Below are positions 8,442 through 15,862 of a stretch of DNA of 21,509 nt, in pieces. The notes under the pieces are model-generated. The model saw only the letters and a list, made by a program, of their open reading frames with translations, was not told the origin of the DNA and did no database searches. Numbering within the stretch: position 1 is the stretch's first letter; every line of letters starts with the position of its first letter. Where the stretch lies: the NCBI GenBank assembly GCA_964549075.1, contig CAZJUB010000043.1, positions 1 through 21,509 on the forward strand, given 5' to 3'. Source of the stretch: an uncultured archaeon. GTDB lineage: Archaea; Asgardarchaeota; Heimdallarchaeia; Heimdallarchaeales; Heimdallarchaeaceae. A program made the position numbers and the translations under genes.

Positions 8442-8647
8442 AGAAAAATCCAACTTGGTTACGATACTTTAAGCATATATTGTCCAGGTATTGTGGAGAA
8501 AATACCTTTTAGTTTCACTTTCAAAAATAGCTGAAAGTAACGACATAAAGCCATGAAATTTGATTTCGTAACAGCTGTTTTGTTCACTTTCAATGAGGTC
8601 TCTGTGCCATTATAAGGGATTGAAGACACTTTTTTAATTAGAGACAA

Positions 8648-9580
8648 ATGTCAACAATGAAAACTTTACAAGAAACATTGACTTGTGTCGATTGCGGTGG
8701 TACTGAGTTCAGCTATGATATCAGACGTGGAGACGTCGTTTGCCGACGATGTGGAATCGTTGCTGAAAAAATTTTCGAAGGGAGCCATTTTCTCGATCGC
8801 TCAGAAGATGCTCGAACAGGCAGTCCAGAAAGTCGTAGAAGTCATAGTACAAGCTTCAGAGTAAATGAAGCTCATGTAGAAAAACGACCAAAGTATAGAA
8901 GAATGTATCAGGCAGAGAATTCTCAATATTCGGCGATAGAAGAAAATAAAGCAAGAATACTTACAATTCTAACACGTTTAGGTTTATCTGAGCATACACG
9001 CAATGATCTAATGTATGAGCTCAACAAGATATATGCGAGTGAGAAGAGAAAAGGGAATAAAATAACTAATATTTTTCTTGTGACTGCAGCTTTAACTATC
9101 AAGTATTTGAAAAACAAAGGAATTCCTTGTTCTATCAACGATATTGTGGCACTTTTCAAAGAACATCATTGTAAACTCTCTTCCAAGGCTGTTAGAGACT
9201 ATATCTTAGACTCCAATATGAACTATACAACCAGTCCAGCAAAATCCTTTGTTCCTAAGTATTTGGCAGAACTCAAAGAGATTGAATCTTTCAAAGAGAG
9301 GTTAGAAAATATTCACCCTGAAGATGAATTAGGATATGAAAAATTAACAACTACGATTCAACGTTTGGCTACAAAACTTTGCGATCTCAAGGTAAATGGC
9401 CGCAAACCCTCTGTATTTGCGGTTTCCTGCATTTTCTTATCAATTAATATGGTTGGGAAACGATTTATTGGCGAACCTCTTATTACCAAAGAAGAGATTT
9501 CTCGTTTCTTAGGTACTCCATCCACTACTCTTCGTGAACATGTTCGTTACGTTCAAGATAATTTACGAATAAATCTATAG
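8648..9580 (+). CDS. Divergent transcription initiation factor IIB (TFB)-family protein
   Basis: Zn ribbon CVDC-x15-CRRC with YD..RGDVVC..CG.V, B-reader remnant RTGSP, two cyclin-like repeats, GRKPSVFA and C-terminal HTH ITKEEISRFLGTPSTTLR. Confidence 0.82.
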   Translation: MSTMKTLQETLTCVDCGGTEFSYDIRRGDVVCRRCGIVAEKIFEGSHFLDRSEDARTGSPESRRSHSTSFRVNEAHVEKRPKYRRMYQAENSQYSAIEENKARILTILTRLGLSEHTRNDLMYELNKIYASEKRKGNKITNIFLVTAALTIKYLKNKGIPCSINDIVALFKEHHCKLSSKAVRDYILDSNMNYTTSPAKSFVPKYLAELKEIESFKERLENIHPEDELGYEKLTTTIQRLATKLCDLKVNGRKPSVFAVSCIFLSINMVGKRFIGEPLITKEEISRFLGTPSTTLREHVRYVQDNLRINL

Positions 9581-9633
9581 TTTCCTTCTTTCCCTTTCCT
9601 TTCCCTTCCCTTCCCTTCCCTTCCCTTCTTTTT
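9581..9633. repeat. 53-nt pure pyrimidine tract with (TTCCC)5 core; probable terminator region of the TFB-like gene
   Basis: Only C and T from 9581 to 9633, beginning right after TAG 9578-9580; perfect TTCCC units at 9601-9625. Confidence 0.9.
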
Positions 9634-9698
9634 ACTAACACAAATTTAAAGAACTCTTTTCTTATTATGTAATTGTATAATATCTATAATGATTCCCT

Positions 9699-11624
9699 AT
9701 GACTATCTCCAAATCTGAACAGAAGAAATTCCTAAAAGACCTTAAAGCTAAACATTCAATCACACGTCTTGACGCTCTTCACGACCTAAAAAAACATGAT
9801 CTTGATGCTATTTTTGCTCTTGATACTCTTATTGAACTTGTGAAAGAAGATGATGATGATATGGTCAGGTTCAATAGTTTGGACATTCTGTCCGTTCTAG
9901 CTGGAGAATCTGAAATAGCGCTTAAAGCTATTCAAGAAGCTGCAGCTTCAGATCATTTGGGAGTCAGCAGGAAAGCAACTCGACTTTTATCAAAAATTAA
10001 AACTGTTTTAGAAGAGATTCTTGTACCAGAAGAACAACCAGAACCAGAAGAAGAGATGGAACCTCTCTCTGATGAGTTATTCGAAAGAATAGAGACTCCT
10101 ATAGCTGCAGAAACTAGCACCTCTCCTCCTGTTGCTCCAGCTGTTCCACAACCAGCGTCTTTTCAAACAACTACAGATGAGCAATTTGATGAAAGTGAAT
10201 ATGGTGAAGAAGCTCCAGAACTGTCTCCAAGATTAGTTGAAGAAGATATTAGTAATATTCCTATGCCAAGTTCCAGCCCTCCTCCTGTTCCTTCTGCGCC
10301 TTCCATTCCTTCAGCAGGACCTATGCCAAGAGCTGAAGACACAATCGTACCTGAACCTCAGCAAGAACCTAAGAAAAAACAAGAATTAGAGTTAGATGAT
10401 GTCACTGATTCTCCTATCCAAACCACTTATACAAATTTGAAGATTCTGATTGAAAGTCTTAAAGAAGAAGGGCAAGACGAAGAAATTTTGTTCTATACTA
10501 TGACTATGTTTAATGAATCGATGGATTTCTTGAAAGATCATCTGGTTGAGCTTATTGGTATAGAAGAAGAGATGGACTGGCCAAAATTTATGGATTACAA
10601 ATTTGAGCCAGAAGAAGAAAAAACTTTGCGCGATCTTATTTCTATGGTAGCAGGAGTACTTAGAGATGGTAAGGTAGAGTTTTCGAAAATTGAAACTTTG
10701 AATTTTTTTGGAACAATGGCTCAGAAATTTGAAATGATTGAAGAGACAATTGTATTCTATGTAGCTGTCGTAGGGAAAGATCAACAGAATCTTATCGCTA
10801 TTTATAATCTCGGACTTTTATACGCCAAAATTGGCAATATGGATGAAGCAATTCAACAGTTTCAGAACATCTTAGAATTCGAACCTAATAACACAAATAC
10901 ACTTTCCAAGCTAGGGGATATCTATCTGCACAGAAGAAACGACTATAAGCTTGCATCAGATTATTACAAAAAAGTGTTAGAAGTTGATAATAAGGATGTT
11001 GTGACAGGCTTAAAATTAGCAGCAGCATTAAGTAAAGCAAGTGAATTTGATGAAGCTACCTCAGTTATAATTAAACTTCTAGGTGTAGATGAATCTAATC
11101 CTGATTTATGGCTGAATTATGCTGTTTTACTTGTAAAACAAGTTCATTTTGAAGAAGCTCTTGATGCCTACAACAAAGCTTTAGATATTGCACCAAAAAA
11201 TTGGGATTTCAGAGAAAAAGCTGAGAACGAAAAGGCTAGAGTTGAACAGATTATCAATGCGCCTGAATATGCAGAAACAGATGATGAAAGTTTACACTAT
11301 ATGGTAGATGAAGAACGAAAAATAAAAGTAAGTAAACTCTTTATTTTTGCACAGGAACCTGTAGACGACGAAGTTTTTATGGCTATTTTTGATTGGTTCA
11401 AAAAGACTAAAGAAAAATATAATGTTCCAGATGACTTAGTACCTAAATATGGCAGTATTATTGATAAAGAACAATTCCCAATAGATCCGCTTAGAGCACA
11501 AGGATTTGCAGAATCGATTTTTACAGAACAGTTTAATAAAGAACTCGATTTATCAAAATTCCATCATGAGTTATATGATTTAGAAGGATACGGTAAAATC
11601 ATTGTTTTTATGGAAGAAGCTTAG
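9699..11624 (+). CDS. HEAT-repeat / acidic Pro-rich linker / TPR-repeat protein
   Basis: N-terminal HEAT-like units (RLDALHDL, DDDMVRFNSLDIL, VSRKATRLL), low-complexity E/P-rich region at about aa 108-240, and TPRs (AIYNLGLLYAKIGNMDEAIQQFQNILEFEP, LWLNYAVLL....FEEALDAYNKALDIAP). Confidence 0.85.
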   Translation: MTISKSEQKKFLKDLKAKHSITRLDALHDLKKHDLDAIFALDTLIELVKEDDDDMVRFNSLDILSVLAGESEIALKAIQEAAASDHLGVSRKATRLLSKIKTVLEEILVPEEQPEPEEEMEPLSDELFERIETPIAAETSTSPPVAPAVPQPASFQTTTDEQFDESEYGEEAPELSPRLVEEDISNIPMPSSSPPPVPSAPSIPSAGPMPRAEDTIVPEPQQEPKKKQELELDDVTDSPIQTTYTNLKILIESLKEEGQDEEILFYTMTMFNESMDFLKDHLVELIGIEEEMDWPKFMDYKFEPEEEKTLRDLISMVAGVLRDGKVEFSKIETLNFFGTMAQKFEMIEETIVFYVAVVGKDQQNLIAIYNLGLLYAKIGNMDEAIQQFQNILEFEPNNTNTLSKLGDIYLHRRNDYKLASDYYKKVLEVDNKDVVTGLKLAAALSKASEFDEATSVIIKLLGVDESNPDLWLNYAVLLVKQVHFEEALDAYNKALDIAPKNWDFREKAENEKARVEQIINAPEYAETDDESLHYMVDEERKIKVSKLFIFAQEPVDDEVFMAIFDWFKKTKEKYNVPDDLVPKYGSIIDKEQFPIDPLRAQGFAESIFTEQFNKELDLSKFHHELYDLEGYGKIIVFMEEA

Positions 11625-11663
11625 AAATCTCTTCTCATTCTACTTGCAAAAACAAGATTTTAA

Positions 11664-14600
11664 TTAAGTAGCAATGCTCATACTTTTGCGTTTTTTTAGC
11701 GTTTTTATTACCTGGCTTACAACCATTACAGAACAAGCAAATATTAAAGAGAAAGAGGTTTTTTCAGAAGATATTGCTAGAACATCTATTAGAACAGTAT
11801 CTTCTATACTATTCCCAAATAGATCAAACAGAACAAGAGTAACATTAACAGTTCCTTCATGCGAAATTTCATAAGGATATATTATTTCTGGATCATTTCG
11901 CCATGGATATGAAAAAACTAGGCTATTATCAACATAGATTGAATAGTTCCATGGTGTCGCGTCATGAACTTCCCATATTAGTTCAACAAAAGAATTATTT
12001 TCTCCAACCGATAGATCTTCAAGAGGAACAATTTCAGGAGGATCATCTTCTTCAGTCAGAATCCTATAATGAATCGCTTCAATTGCATCTACTTGTATAT
12101 TCGCCCCAGAGCTATAAACAATCTGAATATAGCGAGCTTTGTTGAATCTTATGTTACCTAAATCAAAGCTTTCGTTCCCTACACCACTTTCTAGAAAATC
12201 AAAGAAAACTGAAGGATCGTTACTGACTCTTACATTATAAACTCCGCCAGTAGCAATTATCCAAAAATCATCTCCATCCAGGTTCAATATTTCTTCACCT
12301 TCACCCATATCAAGTGTGATGAATCCATTACTATAAGATGATGTAATAGTGGTATACTCGTTATCAGCTGGTCCTACAGAAGCTTGACCATTAAAATAGA
12401 AGAATGAATCATCCTGCAAAAAATCATCTCCATATGGATCTCCAAATTCTAGAAGAACAGAAATCCATTGCTCATAGACAATTGAATGACCTCCAGCATC
12501 TTCAATAAAAAGAGTGACATTATAAATCCCTGGAAACCAGTTTGTTGTCCACCAATCTTGGATATTTACTCTGATATATTTAGAATAAAATAATTGTTCG
12601 AAAATAAGACTGTCATTTCTGTAGAGGTAAAAAGCTGAACCTCCGTGTATCTCCCATCGCAGAATAGCTGGAATTCCCCAATATAGAGTGTTTTGTGGAG
12701 TTTCAACAAAGATGGGAACAGCTGGGGAGTAAATATGTAAAAAAGATACTGATTCATTTACTAGCATGTTTTGATCAAAAGCTTTGAACTTAATTTCATA
12801 GTATCCTTCATCGAGAAGTGGTGTTTCAATCTCAAATGCTTGAGTTGTATTTTCCCATTTGAATGTTGTGAGAATATCATTATCTAAATATATCTCTACA
12901 TAATTTGGAAGAGCATCATAAATAGACCAGGATAAAATTGAAGTTTTATTCCACTCTAAGTCGATATCTTCAGCTATTAAGTAAAAATAAGGTGCTTCAA
13001 GAGGATATATGGAAACATTAAAATTATCATTGAACACAGAAAGACTTTGGTTAAAAATCTGAAATTCAACAAGGTGGACTCCAATACTAAGAGAGTTCAA
13101 ATCCAGGATAATGTTTTCTCCTATCCAAGAATCAGCTAAGCGTAAAAATCCATCAATCGTTATATTAAATGATAAAGGAGAGATAGTAACACCTGCCCAA
13201 GTAATATTTGAATTAATCTGTCCTAGTTCAATTCGAGTAGGACCATTTCTTTTGATGAGAAAATTTTGAATAGAAATTGAGACTTCACTTGTTGAAATAT
13301 GACCTTCATTATCAGACAAAACCAATGTTAAATTATAATATCCTGCACTCAGTTTCCCTAAATTTGTATTTAAATATGAAGGTTTCCAGAATTTATCAAA
13401 TACATGAAATCCACTTTGTACAACACTATTGTTGAGATAAATTGTGTAAGTTCCTTGAATATCAGATTCTGTTTTAAAGTTGTATGCCACTTTCCAAGAT
13501 ACTTCAACATCATCTTTTGGAGTAAGAAGAACGTCTTCAGATTCAAAAATTGTAGGTTTATAGTTAAATCTTTGAGCTCTATAAATACCATAAGAATAAT
13601 ATTGACTTACCCAATCATAATTCAACTCCCAAATTAGCTCTCCTTCTCTATTAACTTCAACAAGTCTCGCACCAATCTCTGATTCAGCGTGACTAGGAGT
13701 TCCAAACACACCAAAGAAATTTCCATTAGGAAGTAAATCAGCATTACCCCAATAACCACTCCAATAACTTCTTGGAGCTTCCCAAGTGAATGATTCATTA
13801 GCAACCAAGTTGACATCATCAATTACAAGTTCAACGATTCTGGAAGTTCTTGAATAGGAATCTGTCTGGTTATGTCGATCATTATCAAATAGAATAAAAG
13901 TATTATCAGCTATTCTTTCTATTGAATGAGCGTGGTAGAATAGATTATCCATTATAATTCCATGTTTATTATATAGAGTGAAATCTCCATATTCTCCTAA
14001 GGACCAAATGATATTTTTTGTAGAATAATCTATCTTATAAAAAGTGTTCAAGTTTCTAGAATTGTAATAGATTATATCTTCTTCTTCATCATAAAATATG
14101 GTATTACCATGAGTTACATCAATTTTATATTGTCCTTCATAATCTATGAACGGACAGTAATTCTGGATACCAATTATATCATAGGTATCAAGCGACCAAA
14201 TAAGATTTGAGTTTAAATCATACTCATTAATTAAATCTGTCATAAATAATTTTCCGTCAATCTCCCTCTCTCTTTGTTCAAGAACAAAAATTGTGTCTCT
14301 TGTTGAAACATATTCAAGTTCATGGTGCCCATAAAATCCGAGTTTAACAGTAACTCCTGTTTCAAAATTCCAAAGTGTTGCATAAGGATCTCCATAAAGA
14401 ACTGTTGTGGAATTAATCATCTCAGCAGAACATGAAGTTAAGCTTTCACCTAAAGAAATCAAAAAGTTTGAATCAATCTCTTTATAGGCTATTATAGTAC
14501 CATTTAAATCTGAAATCGCAACCATTGTTGAAACTCCTTTACCTGTAATAAAACTACGTTTTTCCATAGTAAATAAGATTAAACTATCATAAGGTTCTCC

Positions 14601-14855
14601 ATAATAATACACGTTAACACACCTATTATCATAGAAGTTATTGAGTTGATTTACTTGTTCAACAGGTGCAATAGTGTTTTTAACTGAAGGACTATTATCT
14701 GTTTGCGGGACGAAGTTTGTATTTTTTGAATTTGTAACTAGATTCGTAAGAGAATTCACATTTGTATAAATCAAGAAGTTACAGAAAAGGAGCATCATAA
14801 AACTGGTTTTTATAATCCTTCTGAAACTCCGCCAACCTCTCTTAGATTTATACAT
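11664..14855 (-). CDS. Exported, C-terminally anchored aryl-sulfate sulfotransferase (ASST) with Ig-like stalk and lectin-like module
   Basis: N-terminal signal-like segment; ASST motifs GHHE, DVTHGN, NSRN, HAHS, FDND, G.AD.LPNGN; about four Ig-like units, a galactose-binding-like module, a last Ig unit, then a hydrophobic segment and basic tail; about 19 N-x-S/T sequons. Confidence 0.8.
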   Translation of the reverse strand: MYKSKRGWRSFRRIIKTSFMMLLFCNFLIYTNVNSLTNLVTNSKNTNFVPQTDNSPSVKNTIAPVEQVNQLNNFYDNRCVNVYYYGEPYDSLILFTMEKRSFITGKGVSTMVAISDLNGTIIAYKEIDSNFLISLGESLTSCSAEMINSTTVLYGDPYATLWNFETGVTVKLGFYGHHELEYVSTRDTIFVLEQREREIDGKLFMTDLINEYDLNSNLIWSLDTYDIIGIQNYCPFIDYEGQYKIDVTHGNTIFYDEEEDIIYYNSRNLNTFYKIDYSTKNIIWSLGEYGDFTLYNKHGIIMDNLFYHAHSIERIADNTFILFDNDRHNQTDSYSRTSRIVELVIDDVNLVANESFTWEAPRSYWSGYWGNADLLPNGNFFGVFGTPSHAESEIGARLVEVNREGELIWELNYDWVSQYYSYGIYRAQRFNYKPTIFESEDVLLTPKDDVEVSWKVAYNFKTESDIQGTYTIYLNNSVVQSGFHVFDKFWKPSYLNTNLGKLSAGYYNLTLVLSDNEGHISTSEVSISIQNFLIKRNGPTRIELGQINSNITWAGVTISPLSFNITIDGFLRLADSWIGENIILDLNSLSIGVHLVEFQIFNQSLSVFNDNFNVSIYPLEAPYFYLIAEDIDLEWNKTSILSWSIYDALPNYVEIYLDNDILTTFKWENTTQAFEIETPLLDEGYYEIKFKAFDQNMLVNESVSFLHIYSPAVPIFVETPQNTLYWGIPAILRWEIHGGSAFYLYRNDSLIFEQLFYSKYIRVNIQDWWTTNWFPGIYNVTLFIEDAGGHSIVYEQWISVLLEFGDPYGDDFLQDDSFFYFNGQASVGPADNEYTTITSSYSNGFITLDMGEGEEILNLDGDDFWIIATGGVYNVRVSNDPSVFFDFLESGVGNESFDLGNIRFNKARYIQIVYSSGANIQVDAIEAIHYRILTEEDDPPEIVPLEDLSVGENNSFVELIWEVHDATPWNYSIYVDNSLVFSYPWRNDPEIIYPYEISHEGTVNVTLVLFDLFGNSIEDTVLIDVLAISSEKTSFSLIFACSVMVVSQVIKTLKKRKSMSIAT

Positions 14856-14929
14856 ATTTACAAGTTATGAATGCACTCTTTAAGTATTTCTTAAACAAAT
14901 AAAAATGAAAAAGAGAAGAGTTATTTTTC

Positions 14930-15802
14930 TTAATATTGCTTTCTTTGGAAAATTATTGAAATACCTACTAAGGTTATGATAGTAAATATCATAGGTAAAG
15001 CAGTTGCACCTTTAGTGTTTAAGATTTCAACAACCACCGTATCCTCTGAAGAAAAACCAAAGAAATCAGTAGCAGTTAAAGATATGTCGAGAATTTCTGG
15101 TTCTGTAATAGTATATGAAAAATGAATATTGTTTTCTAACCATTCACCTTCTTGATAAATTTCATCATTTATTTTTATAACATAACTCCAAGGATAACTT
15201 TCGGTTATTTCCCAGGTAAATTCAACAGTAGACTGATTGTTCCAAACTGAGAAATCTTCAATTGGAGTGATAACAGGTGGATCTGTTTCTGGTGTTATTG
15301 CTTCAAGATGAATAGCTTCAATAGCGTCTAGATAAACTTCACCTCCAGCAAGGTATTGAATTTGAACATATTGAGCATATTCTAATCCAACGTCATTGAG
15401 ATCGAAACTGGCATTATCAGAAGCGTCACCTATTGTAATTAAAGGTTGTTGAATATTATTCCCGACTTTAACATTGTAAGCTCCAGAATGGCTTATTACA
15501 GTAAAATCATCTCCTGTATCATTCCAGATTCTCTCATATAATCCCATATCATAGGTAAGGTATCCATTTCCATATTCTTTAAATAATTCAGCATATTCTG
15601 CATCTGGTGCTCCTAAAGCATTCTCACCAAAACGGAAAAAACCAGAGAGAGCATCAATCATCTCATCAGCATACGCATCAGCTGGTGGTGTATTAAATTG
15701 AATTGGATAAGTCGTATCAACACTTGCACATACAAGAGAAGGTATCAATAAAATAGATGCTATAAACATCGCAAACGTAACTTGATATACGTTTCTCTTC
15801 AT
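14930..15802 (-). CDS. Secreted membrane-anchored protein (lectin-like beta-sandwich + Ig-like), paralog of the C-terminus of the 1063-aa ASST
   Basis: Signal peptide, then LGAPD..Y, NGYLTYDMG, GDDF, YNVKV, SFDL, DAIEAIH, DPP, PW.Y and D.FG.S.EDTV motifs shared with 11778-12440, then a TM helix and basic tail. Confidence 0.8.
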   Translation of the reverse strand: MKRNVYQVTFAMFIASILLIPSLVCASVDTTYPIQFNTPPADAYADEMIDALSGFFRFGENALGAPDAEYAELFKEYGNGYLTYDMGLYERIWNDTGDDFTVISHSGAYNVKVGNNIQQPLITIGDASDNASFDLNDVGLEYAQYVQIQYLAGGEVYLDAIEAIHLEAITPETDPPVITPIEDFSVWNNQSTVEFTWEITESYPWSYVIKINDEIYQEGEWLENNIHFSYTITEPEILDISLTATDFFGFSSEDTVVVEILNTKGATALPMIFTIITLVGISIIFQRKQY

Positions 15803-15862
15803 ATGGTTTATTCACATACAATAAGTAAAAAATCTTTTCCTAAAAAATGTAAATAGAGGAAT

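Noticed and set aside
8459-8647. 62-aa minus-strand ORF in the MTase-TFB intergenic region
   Set aside because: No recognisable motifs, abuts the TFB start head-to-head leaving no promoter space, and overlaps likely regulatory sequence.
9581-9633. CRISPR array or telomere-like repeat
   Set aside because: 5-bp units with no spacers and no cas genes; internal and short, so a simple sequence repeat.
9633-9639. TACTAAC (yeast branch-point consensus) adjacent to a polypyrimidine tract
   Set aside because: The order is wrong for a spliceosomal intron (the tract precedes the branch point), both flanking ORFs are complete, and the context is prokaryotic; a 7-mer match is plausible by chance.
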